A stretch of DNA of 64,000 nt from Hyphomicrobiales bacterium (GTDB lineage: Bacteria; Pseudomonadota; Alphaproteobacteria; SPJN01). The notes under the pieces were generated by a model, which was given only the letters and a program-made list of their open reading frames with translations, had not been told where the DNA came from and searched no databases. This document shows positions 10,183 to 18,220 of this stretch, in pieces. Location of the stretch: positions 760 to 64,759 of the forward strand of contig SPJN01000013.1 of NCBI GenBank assembly GCA_006844605.1. Reading direction: 5' to 3'. Positions within the stretch are counted from its first letter, which is position 1. Each line of letters begins with the position of its first letter. The position numbers and the translations under genes are program-made.

Positions 10183-10211
10183 TTGAAGCCGGGCCTCATT
10201 TTTTCCATAAT
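10183..10211 (+). promoter_or_regulatory. Sigma70-type promoter of the retron operon
   Basis: TTGAAG (10183-10188), 17 nt spacer, CATAAT (10206-10211), about 10 nt upstream of the a1 repeat. Confidence 0.65.
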
Positions 10212-10220
10212 GAACTTTCC

Positions 10221-10397
10221 AACTGGTGCTCTTTACGCGTAATGCCTCTGGCATGGTCAGGTGTATAGCTAGACCCAAACTTATTGAGCGGATTATGGCG
10301 CGATAAGGCCAAATTTCCTTATCTAGCGCTCACAGGTTCGCTTATTTAGATAAGGAAATTTGGCCTTATCGCTTACTCTTAGGTATTGAGCCCAGTT
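10221..10397 (+). ncRNA. Retron msr-msd non-coding RNA
   Basis: Terminal inverted repeats AACTGGtGCTCttTAC (10221-10236) and GTAttGAGCCCAGTT (10383-10397), followed by an unpaired G10237 (candidate branching G). Small msr stems at 10242-10254 and 10255-10275. Perfect 26-bp msd stem 10300-10325/10347-10372. Directly upstream of effector and RT. Confidence 0.9.
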
Positions 10398-10399
10398 TG

Positions 10400-11353
10400 A
10401 TGACTCTGCAAGATGATGATCCTAGATATAGTATCATCAAAGGCGTTGATTTTTCCAAGTCTAGAATATTATTGGAGCCGCACATCATATTTGTTTGTGG
10501 CGGAGTTGTTGATATTACCGCAACAGAATGGAAGTCGTTGCGTAATCTGTTTATGAACTTGGCTGGGGGGGCGGATACACACGCGGACAGTTTCATGTTA
10601 GCGGAAAATTTTAAGGATTGGCGCGAAGGATACAAAAGTCTGTCAAAATTTGAGGAGGATATTGCTTTCATTTCTTCGCTGGTCGTTCTGTTTCTCGAGA
10701 GCCCCGGTGCATTAGTTGAGCTCGGGTTGTTCTATTCCAGTGGCCAAATTCGGAAGAAGTTATTTGTGGTAGTTCACAATTCCTATCATGATTCAGATTC
10801 ATTTATAAAACTCGGAATACTGGCCCCCTTGGAAGAGGTTAGCCAAGAATTAGTGCGCTCGTATGAGCTGGATCACGAAAATCCATCTGGCATTGATGAG
10901 CAAGCGGTCAAGGAGGTTTTAGATGACGTTTTGAATCAGGTAAACAATACGCCTAAGACTCAAGCGTTTAGTACGGACGATAGAGGACATCAGATATTCT
11001 TTGTCTATCAAATGATCAAAATGTCGGGTGCTCTTACTTTTCAGGAAATTGAAGATTTGATTGCAGAAAGTGAGTTAGAAGTCAAAAAATCTGAGATCAA
11101 GACTGCATTGTTTATTCTCGAAAAGTTTGGATTTGTTAGCAAAACAAAGGAGTCTTCCCAGTTCTTCTATTATGCAAGCAATCAAGAAATGGATCGGGTT
11201 GATCTTCATGTGGAGATTCAAGGGGAGGTCCGTAGTGTTACAGAACTGAAAATTGATCTAGGCCAATATTATCACCAGTTAGCAAAATCGAATGTCACAT
11301 TTAAGAGACGGCTGAAAGTGATGAACAGGCAGGATTCGGGAGAGGTTCAATGA
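10400..11353 (+). CDS. Retron effector, St85/Ec86-type NDT-like (nucleoside deoxyribosyltransferase-like) protein with probable C-terminal wHTH
   Basis: IFVCGG...SLRNLF and LFLESPGALVELGLF motifs. Lies between ncRNA and RT, with an ATGA overlap onto the RT. Confidence 0.8.
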   Translation: MTLQDDDPRYSIIKGVDFSKSRILLEPHIIFVCGGVVDITATEWKSLRNLFMNLAGGADTHADSFMLAENFKDWREGYKSLSKFEEDIAFISSLVVLFLESPGALVELGLFYSSGQIRKKLFVVVHNSYHDSDSFIKLGILAPLEEVSQELVRSYELDHENPSGIDEQAVKEVLDDVLNQVNNTPKTQAFSTDDRGHQIFFVYQMIKMSGALTFQEIEDLIAESELEVKKSEIKTALFILEKFGFVSKTKESSQFFYYASNQEMDRVDLHVEIQGEVRSVTELKIDLGQYYHQLAKSNVTFKRRLKVMNRQDSGEVQ

Positions 11354-12300
11354 AGCCATCCGAACTGTTGCGCAATCAATTCTCTTTGTCATCGAACGAG
11401 TTGCAGCGGTACGTAAATTCGTGCCCTCATAGATACAAAACATACAATATTAGAAAGAGAAATGGTGGCGCACGGGAGATCTCCCAACCTTCTAGGGATT
11501 TAAAGATCGTCCAGAGGTTTCTGATTGATGAGCTGTTGATAGAGAATCTAATGGTTCATAAGGCGGCGACAGCTTATCGAAAGGGCCGGAACATTGTGGA
11601 TAATGCTCGGCCGCATTTAGGCAATCAGTTTCTGCTGAAAATTGATCTTGAGGAATTCTTCCCATCCATCAAAGGAGATGACTTCGAGAAATACCTTTCT
11701 GAGAAATTTCCGATGGAGGAAGCCGAAGTTGCCCTGCTGACTAGAATTTTCTTTAAATCTGATAATGGCGAGCTAAAGCTAAGTATTGGATCGCCTGGTT
11801 CGCCCCTAATTTCGAATGCTCTGATGTTTCGTTTTGATAATGTGATTTCAGATTATGCTGACAGGATGAATGTAGCTTATACGCGCTACTCAGATGATAT
11901 GACGTTCTCAACAAACGAACGAGGGGCTTTATTCGATTGGCCGAAAATGGTTGGAGACGAGCTGGGCAGGTTGGATTATCCCACTCTTAGACTTAACCCT
12001 GACAAAACTGTGTTCTCATCAAAGAAATTCAACCGTCATGTCACAGGTATTACGATTACAAATGAGGGTACTGCTTCGATCGGTAGAGGGCGAAAGCGAG
12101 AGTTGAGATCGAGGCTGTTCAATGTTCAAAATTTGAACGCGGAAGAGCGGCGGCAATTGAGGGGACATATTGCTTTTGCCGCACAGGTGGAGCCAGATTT
12201 TGTGGAAAAACTTGGACAAAAGTACGCTAACGAACTTCAAGCTTTGTCGCGCAGTGATCCTGATAACGTTGATGTAAATCCGTCAAAGAAGGATTCTTGA
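11350..12300 (+). CDS. Retron-type reverse transcriptase
   Basis: KRNGGAREISQP, region X NARPH, KIDLEEFFPSI, GSPGSPLISN, catalytic YTRYSDD, region Y VTG. Confidence 0.95.
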   Translation: MKPSELLRNQFSLSSNELQRYVNSCPHRYKTYNIRKRNGGAREISQPSRDLKIVQRFLIDELLIENLMVHKAATAYRKGRNIVDNARPHLGNQFLLKIDLEEFFPSIKGDDFEKYLSEKFPMEEAEVALLTRIFFKSDNGELKLSIGSPGSPLISNALMFRFDNVISDYADRMNVAYTRYSDDMTFSTNERGALFDWPKMVGDELGRLDYPTLRLNPDKTVFSSKKFNRHVTGITITNEGTASIGRGRKRELRSRLFNVQNLNAEERRQLRGHIAFAAQVEPDFVEKLGQKYANELQALSRSDPDNVDVNPSKKDS

Positions 12301-12354
12301 TATAGGTCATCTAGGCTATAGGGATTTTGGGTGTTTCAATGTGGCGTAAAGTCT

Positions 12355-12385
12355 TGGGCACAATATGGACACAAAATGGTCACAG
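12355..12385 (+). repeat. Three direct repeats TGG(G/A/T)CACA at 11-bp periodicity, candidate integrase arm-binding sites
   Basis: TGGGCACAA 12355, TGGACACAA 12366, TGGTCACAG 12377. An IHF-like AATCAACAGGCTA lies on the minus strand (about 12413-12425) before the tRNA 3' end. Confidence 0.65.
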
Positions 12386-12437
12386 CGCAGTGCAGCCAAA
12401 ATAGCCGTTCTGTAGCCTGTTGATTTCATTGACAAAA

Positions 12438-12514
12438 TGGTGGGCGATACAAGATTTGAACTTGTGACCTCTGCCATGTCAAGGCAGCACTCTAACCAAC
12501 TGAGCTAATCGCCC
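12438..12514 (-). tRNA. tRNA-Val(GAC)
   Basis: Reverse complement GGGCGATTAGCTCAGTTGGTTAGAGTGCTGCCTTGACATGGCAGAGGTCACAAGTTCAAATCTTGTATCGCCCACCA: cloverleaf, anticodon GAC, encoded CCA. Confidence 0.97.
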
Positions 12515-12635
12515 GCACCATTTAGAGACGGCCTTTCTAGTGAAATTCGCGCGGTGCCGCAAGCCTTCATCGCGGAAAAAAGTGCGGCAAAGTTCACCGT
12601 AATTGGCTCCCTTAAAGGGCGTCCCGATCGTTGCC

Positions 12636-12965
12636 CTATAATTTCACCGGTGCGAAATGGGGAAAGGGGCGGTCGCAGCCGGCGACATTGGCCAATGCGG
12701 GAAAGCTGGCGACTTCGCCCATTTTGGCCCACAGGGCCTGCACGCGTTCGTTCGTGTGGGCAGCCGCCGCGGCCTCATCATTGGCCCATTCAAAAATTTC
12801 CAGAAAAGTGCCGTCATCCGCATGAAGCAAAAGCGACGGGCGCGACGTTGCCAGCCCTTCCATTTTTAGTGTCATATGATGTTGCGCAATCAGGTCGCGC
12901 AATGCTTCATGGTTTTTGGGATCGTCCGTGTCGGGCTTATAGGTGGCGATGGTAAAGCGGCTCAT
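12636..12965 (-). CDS. Small hypothetical protein, possible dimeric alpha-beta barrel (ABM-like)
   Basis: 109 aa, overlaps the upstream oxidoreductase stop (ATGA). 'FLEIFEWANDEAAAAAH' pattern. Confidence 0.6.
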   Translation of the reverse strand: MSRFTIATYKPDTDDPKNHEALRDLIAQHHMTLKMEGLATSRPSLLLHADDGTFLEIFEWANDEAAAAAHTNERVQALWAKMGEVASFPALANVAGCDRPFPHFAPVKL

Positions 12966-13975
12966 CCCTGATAGGCCTCATAGCCGGGAGGCAGCTCGGC
13001 ACCGCGGCGCGGCGTCATCCCGGCGGCACGATAAATGTCGTCAATCACGGCCATGTTCTTCACCCCATCAGCGGGGTCGGTGATCATGGCGGGGCCACCG
13101 TTTAGCCAGCCAACGAAATTCTTCAGCTGTTCTTTATAGCTTGTGGTGCCGGGTACTTTTTCAACGATCTTGTCTGTGTCAGTTTCGATCGTGATCTTGT
13201 GATAAAGCTGCGGCGCAATCGGGTTTGTTACGGTCAGTGCGCCCTTGGTGCCCTCAACATGGGCGAGGCATTTCAGCAGCGGCCACCCGGCCATGGAACA
13301 GATGATGCGTCCGGTGCGGCCATCATCAAAATCAAATTCGGCCCGCATGTGGCGGTCTACATTGTTGCTCATCAACCGTGCTGTGGCACTGCGCACGATT
13401 GGTTCAGCGCGGGCAAGGTGGCGGACGATGTTGATGGTGTAACAGCCCGTGTCCATTGTGGCCCCGCCTGCCAGGTCTTCGCGCCAGCGGATATTGGCCG
13501 GTTCCAACAAGGGCACGCAGAACTGCGCTTCAATATGGGTGACGTCACCGATCTTGCCGCTGTCGATAATCTCCAGCATACGGGCGGCCAGTGGGTGATT
13601 GCGCCAGTGAAAAGCTTCTGCCAGAATTTTGCCGCTACGCTCCGCCGCGTCCTGCATGGCGCGGGCCTCAAGCGCATTACTGGCCAGCGGTTTTTCGCAC
13701 AACACATGCTTGCCCGCCTCCAGCGCCTTGATGGTCCAATAGGCGTGATGGCTGTTGGGCAGGGGGTTATAGATGGCGTCTATGTCAGGGTCGGCCAGCA
13801 GGGCGTCATAACTAGTGTGAACGGTGGCGATCTTGTGCGTCTTGGCATAGGCGCCCGCCCGCTTTGGATCACGCGCCGCAATGGCGGTGATGGCGACCCC
13901 GTCCACTTTGCGGGCGGGGTCCAGCAATGCCGGGGCGGTGATACGTGCCGCCCCCAATACACCCATACGGATCAT
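12962..13975 (-). CDS. Gfo/Idh/MocA family oxidoreductase
   Basis: GVLGAARI, AGKHVLCEKP, GGATMDTGCY. Confidence 0.92.
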   Translation of the reverse strand: MIRMGVLGAARITAPALLDPARKVDGVAITAIAARDPKRAGAYAKTHKIATVHTSYDALLADPDIDAIYNPLPNSHHAYWTIKALEAGKHVLCEKPLASNALEARAMQDAAERSGKILAEAFHWRNHPLAARMLEIIDSGKIGDVTHIEAQFCVPLLEPANIRWREDLAGGATMDTGCYTINIVRHLARAEPIVRSATARLMSNNVDRHMRAEFDFDDGRTGRIICSMAGWPLLKCLAHVEGTKGALTVTNPIAPQLYHKITIETDTDKIVEKVPGTTSYKEQLKNFVGWLNGGPAMITDPADGVKNMAVIDDIYRAAGMTPRRGAELPPGYEAYQG

Positions 13976-14017
13976 GATCGTGTCCTTTTTGAATGGTCGC
14001 GCCCTGTTAGTCTTTCT

Positions 14018-15109
14018 CTAGTCTCTCCAGGGTTCGACCATGATTTTGGCGTGTTGTTCGGGGTTCGACAAATCTTCAAACGCCTGCGGAATACCGCTGA
14101 CGCCGACGGTGCCGGTGATCATCGGGGCCACATTGATGTGCCCCTCTGCAATGTTGAACAGGCTTTGCTTGAACTCATCAGGGGTATAGCCCAACACAAA
14201 TTGCATGTTGATCTCCTTCATGATGCCCCACAGGGGTTCAAGGTGATCTTTTTCCATACACACACCCACAACAACGATGCGGGCATTGCGCGGCGCCCCT
14301 TCCATCATTTGATGGATCACGCCGGGCACGCCGACACATTCGAACAACACACAGGGTTTGGGCTGCGGGCCCATGCCCAACATGTTCAGCGGGCTTTTGG
14401 GATCGTACCCTTCGGGGATGGCCTTGTCTGCCCATGCGTCATAGGGGGAATGATCCTTGGGATTGACGACAACGTCCGCGCCCATCAGTTCAGCAAGTTT
14501 GCGGCGGGCCGCAGAAAAATCAGCGGCAATCACGGGGCCGACGCCGCGCGCCTTCAGGGCGGCAATAACGGCAAGCCCAACCGGGCCACACCCGATGACG
14601 ATCGGTACATCTTCATCCGTAAGGTTGGCTTTCACAACCGCATGTTCACCCACCGCTGACGGTTCGGTCAGTGCCGCCACGTCGGAGGCAAGGCCGTTGG
14701 GAATTTCCGTCAACAGCATTTCGTTGAGGATCATCTGTTCCCCATAGCCGCCGGGCACATCATTTGAATAGCCGATAGAGCGGATGCCATCTGTCATGGA
14801 AAATGTGATCGGGAAGGAACAGACGCGCGTCCCCGGCTTGAACGTTTTTTCTGTGTTGGGGCCGTGATCCAGAATTTCGGCGCTGAACTCATGACCCATC
14901 ACAACATTGCGTGAAGTGTCAAAGGCGGAGGCATCCGACCCTGACCGCCGTGCCATTTCAGACATTTGGTCGGCATGGTGCAGGGCGTGTAGGTCAGACC
15001 CGCAAATCCCGCAAGCCAAGGTTTTGACCAACACCTGCCCATCGCCCGGTTCGGGCGCGTCAATGTCTTCAACGAATAGTTTTTGATCCCGCATCACAGC
15101 TGCGCGCAT
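14018..15109 (-). CDS. Zinc-binding (MDR) dehydrogenase
   Basis: CGICGSDLH, GHEF, GCGPVG. Confidence 0.92.
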   Translation of the reverse strand: MRAAVMRDQKLFVEDIDAPEPGDGQVLVKTLACGICGSDLHALHHADQMSEMARRSGSDASAFDTSRNVVMGHEFSAEILDHGPNTEKTFKPGTRVCSFPITFSMTDGIRSIGYSNDVPGGYGEQMILNEMLLTEIPNGLASDVAALTEPSAVGEHAVVKANLTDEDVPIVIGCGPVGLAVIAALKARGVGPVIAADFSAARRKLAELMGADVVVNPKDHSPYDAWADKAIPEGYDPKSPLNMLGMGPQPKPCVLFECVGVPGVIHQMMEGAPRNARIVVVGVCMEKDHLEPLWGIMKEINMQFVLGYTPDEFKQSLFNIAEGHINVAPMITGTVGVSGIPQAFEDLSNPEQHAKIMVEPWRD

Positions 15110-15252
15110 GATCTGTCCCCCAAATTGTTATGCAAATATCGAACGCGCAGTGTGCTTAGGCAGCTGGGTTGAGGCAAGCAAATAATGGGATAGATGTGAG
15201 ATGGGGGAAGCAAGGCGCATGACGCGCCCGGCGCACATGGGTGGCATGGCGC

Positions 15253-15296
15253 AAAGAAAAAGCGCGCACCCCGTTATGTTGGGGCACGCGCCTTTT
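15253..15296 (-). terminator. Rho-independent terminator of the OmpA-family gene
   Basis: Minus-strand GCGCGTGCCCC/GGGGTGCGCGC stem followed by TTTTTCTTT. Confidence 0.75.
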
Positions 15297-15315
15297 GGTT
15301 CGGTCTGACCTGAAA

Positions 15316-16167
15316 TTATTTCAGGCGAATTTCCACACGGCGGTTGGCTGCGTTTGCAACGCCGTCACCGGTTTTAACGGCGGGCAGGTTTTCACCGACA
15401 CCCTTCGTTGAAATGCTACCGCCTGCAATGCCTTGCTTGGTCAATGCTTCCTTGACCGCCTCGGCGCGCCAGATTGACAGCTGCTTGTTATAGGCATCTG
15501 CACCGGATGTATCGGTATGACCAACCAGTTGGATCAGCTTGGACTTGCGAGAGCCAAAGGCATCTGCAACACGCTTGATGATGGTGCCGGCATCTGCGCT
15601 GACGGCAGCTGAATCAAGGTCGAACCAAACAACAAAGCGGTTCGGGCCTTTAGGCTGTACCATCGGTGCTTTCTTGACGGGCTTGGCCATTGGCTTGGCG
15701 GCAAGCTGTGCCAATGCGGCGTCCAGATCACTCTGGCAGGCAGCAATGTCTTCGGCCTGGTGATTTTCTTCGGCTTCTTGCAACCAGCAGTCATAGGCAA
15801 CCTGTGCCTTGGCAGCAACGGCGGGCATCCGCGCTGCGGCGTCTGAGGCCAAAGCCTCTGTCAGGCGGGTGTAGTACGCTGCGGCTGTGGCGCGATGTTC
15901 TTCGGGCATACGGCGAGAGTCTGCCATATCGGGGCCAACAGAAGCGCCGCCGCCAAGTGCTTCGGCTTTACCAAGGAAATGGTCGCCATCACACCAGTCA
16001 GCTTCGTCATATTCGCCCTTACCCAGGCTGGCATAGCCAGTGTGCAGAGCATCATTAAAGGGCGAAGAGGCCCCGGACATACCGGCAATGGCATCAGCAT
16101 CCATTGTTCCCGGCAAGGCACAGGCACCAAGGCCAAGCATGGCCACAGAAATCAAAATTTTACGCAT
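15316..16167 (-). CDS. OmpA-family peptidoglycan-binding lipoprotein
   Basis: Lipobox LGAC. C-terminal FDLDS...GHTDTSG...NKQLSIWRA...NRRVEI. Confidence 0.9.
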   Translation of the reverse strand: MRKILISVAMLGLGACALPGTMDADAIAGMSGASSPFNDALHTGYASLGKGEYDEADWCDGDHFLGKAEALGGGASVGPDMADSRRMPEEHRATAAAYYTRLTEALASDAAARMPAVAAKAQVAYDCWLQEAEENHQAEDIAACQSDLDAALAQLAAKPMAKPVKKAPMVQPKGPNRFVVWFDLDSAAVSADAGTIIKRVADAFGSRKSKLIQLVGHTDTSGADAYNKQLSIWRAEAVKEALTKQGIAGGSISTKGVGENLPAVKTGDGVANAANRRVEIRLK

Positions 16168-16546
16168 CAGGGATCCTCCACGGAATCAGGCGAACGAATC
16201 TAAGGTATTCGGGCCGAACATTAACTAAAACCCTGCGCCTGACAAGGGGCGGCGCTGGATTGGCACCAAAATTCAACTATAGTGTTGCATCATTACATAG
16301 CCCACAACCATCCGATATTTCAGTGTTTTCTGTGATAATCGCAGAATTGGCAAAAAATTCCCTTATGAACGGGTGTAATGGGCGGCGTGGAATCGGCTAA
16401 ATTGTGCGCCGATCACAAAATTCGCGCGAATTTCCGGGCAATTGCCATGAACAGACTTGGCAAGTCCTTTGTTTTTAAGCAAGATCAGCTTTGCTGAAAA
16501 GTACCGGGCAATCGGGTTAACGAGTGGATATTCTAGGGAGCGGGCC

Positions 16547-18220
16547 ATGCAGGGACTGAGCGTGTCATTTCAAATGATTTCAAAAGTTTGTATGAGGCTT
16601 GCCCTCAGTTTGATGGTCATGGCGACATTGTTGGGTGCGGGCTTGGGCACCGGCCCTGCACGCGCGCTTGACCTGACGGGGCTGAACAGTTCTGTCGTTG
16701 CGGTTCATGTCTATAAGAATGGCAGCGAAACGGCGGTTGGAACCGGGACGATCGTGTCTGACCTTGGGGATATTCTAACGTCATCAACGCTGATTGCCGG
16801 TGCCGACCAGATCAAGGTGTCAAACCCCGGCGGCACGTCAACGCTGGCTGCCCTGCACCGTGAAAACCGGTTGCTTGATATCGCGGTGATTTCCGCACCC
16901 GGACTTGATATCGCCATTCCGGCAACCATTGCACAGGGCGGCGCGGCCCCCGGTGATGGTATTTTTGCCGTCACGGCGATGACTGTGAATGGTCAGGCAG
17001 GCACATTGTCCTCCGCCCCCGGTGTGATGGGCGATATGAGCCAGTCTTCAGATGGTGCCATGATTTCCAGCCACAGTGCGGCAGTGCCGGAAAGTGGCCT
17101 TGGTGCCCCGCTGGTTAATGGCTGTGGCGAGATATTGTCAATGAACCGTGCCGCAGGCGCGGGCAATCAGGCTGCCATGTTTCAGGATATCGTCAGCTTT
17201 ATGAATGCTGCGGGCGTTGATATGCGCCAGACTACATCCGTGTGTTCAATCGGTGTGAATACGGCGGGCACTGCTGCGCCAGTGGCCCAGGCCCCCGCAA
17301 TGCAGAACATGGGGCAGGATCCGGCAGCACAATATCCGACTGCGCAAACCCCTGCCGCACCACAAGTGACAGGTTCGCAAACTGTTGACCCGGCGATGGA
17401 AGCGGCCATGAATGCCGCCCGTGACGCCCGTGTAGATGCCCAATTCGCCCGCCAGCAGGCTAATTCTGCGGAACAGGCTGCCCGGCAGGCCGAAGCTGTC
17501 TTGCAGAATATCGCAGCGTCAGGTGCTGATACCACCGGGGCCGAAGCTGCCGCCACTGCCGCGCGTGAACAGGCCAGTGCCGCCGCAGCCTATGCTGTGC
17601 AGCTTGAGCAAATTGCCAACCAGAAAGATGCACAGGTCGCCGCCATGCGCGGTGAATTGCAGGCCGCAGGTGCAGAACGCACTGTGGGGCAGGAGCAGGC
17701 TGCTGACAAACAACAGATGATGCAAATCCTTGTCGGGGTTGGGGCATTGATCGCGATTGCTGTGATCGGCTTTGTCCTGTTCAGGGTGATCAAGGGCCGT
17801 CAGTCCACAACCGAAATGCAGGAAGAATTGACCGCCGTGCGTCGTCGGACGCCGCGGACGGATCATGCCGCTGCCGCTGCGTCGGGCGGTAACAATACAC
17901 CTGATGTGGTTTTAAGTGGGCTTGATAGCGAAAATCAGCCACTGAAAGTGACGGTCTCGGGCAAGGACCTGGCCGCCAAATCCTCTATCATTGTGGGGCG
18001 CAGCCCCTCGCACGCTGATGTGTTGATCAATGATGTGGAGATGTCGCGTGCCCATGCTGCCATTCGGGTCAGCTCAAGCGGGTATATGATTGAGGATATG
18101 GGCTCTACCAACGGTACAATGGTGAACGGTGCCCCCGCCGGGCAGGGTAGTCCGGTGCAAATCCGTGATGGCGATTCAGTCTTTTTCGGTAGCGTAAAAT
18201 TGAAAGTGGAAATTTTGTGA
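16547..18220 (+). CDS. Membrane protein: signal peptide, degenerate trypsin-like domain, Ala-rich coiled coil, TM, FHA domain
   Basis: GTGTIV..GDILT, DIAVI and GAPLVNGCGE mark the trypsin-like fold. FHA GRS...MSRAHA...DMGSTNGT. AGGGAG RBS before ATG 16547. Confidence 0.8.
   Translation: MQGLSVSFQMISKVCMRLALSLMVMATLLGAGLGTGPARALDLTGLNSSVVAVHVYKNGSETAVGTGTIVSDLGDILTSSTLIAGADQIKVSNPGGTSTLAALHRENRLLDIAVISAPGLDIAIPATIAQGGAAPGDGIFAVTAMTVNGQAGTLSSAPGVMGDMSQSSDGAMISSHSAAVPESGLGAPLVNGCGEILSMNRAAGAGNQAAMFQDIVSFMNAAGVDMRQTTSVCSIGVNTAGTAAPVAQAPAMQNMGQDPAAQYPTAQTPAAPQVTGSQTVDPAMEAAMNAARDARVDAQFARQQANSAEQAARQAEAVLQNIAASGADTTGAEAAATAAREQASAAAAYAVQLEQIANQKDAQVAAMRGELQAAGAERTVGQEQAADKQQMMQILVGVGALIAIAVIGFVLFRVIKGRQSTTEMQEELTAVRRRTPRTDHAAAAASGGNNTPDVVLSGLDSENQPLKVTVSGKDLAAKSSIIVGRSPSHADVLINDVEMSRAHAAIRVSSSGYMIEDMGSTNGTMVNGAPAGQGSPVQIRDGDSVFFGSVKLKVEIL

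Larger units (their letters stand above)
1..12437. mobile_element. Integrative element / defence island at the 3' end of tRNA-Val (left boundary outside the window)
   Basis: Tyrosine integrase, xis-like gene and HTH repressor, plus defence cargo. Visibly more AT-rich than the backbone. Ends at the tRNA CCA with arm-type repeats and an IHF-like site. Confidence 0.85.

Noticed and set aside
10300..10372. Long hairpin as terminator, MITE or CRISPR repeat
   Set aside because: No U-tract, no array and no target duplication. Position inside a1/a2 repeats upstream of a retron RT explains it as msd.
11350..12300. RT as group II intron, DGR or CRISPR-associated RT
   Set aside because: Short, no maturase domain, no TR/VR pair or cas genes. 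Has the retron NAxxH and VTG motifs.
13199..14659. 486-aa + strand ORF
   Set aside because: Antisense shadow of two well-supported dehydrogenase genes in GC-rich DNA, with no motifs.
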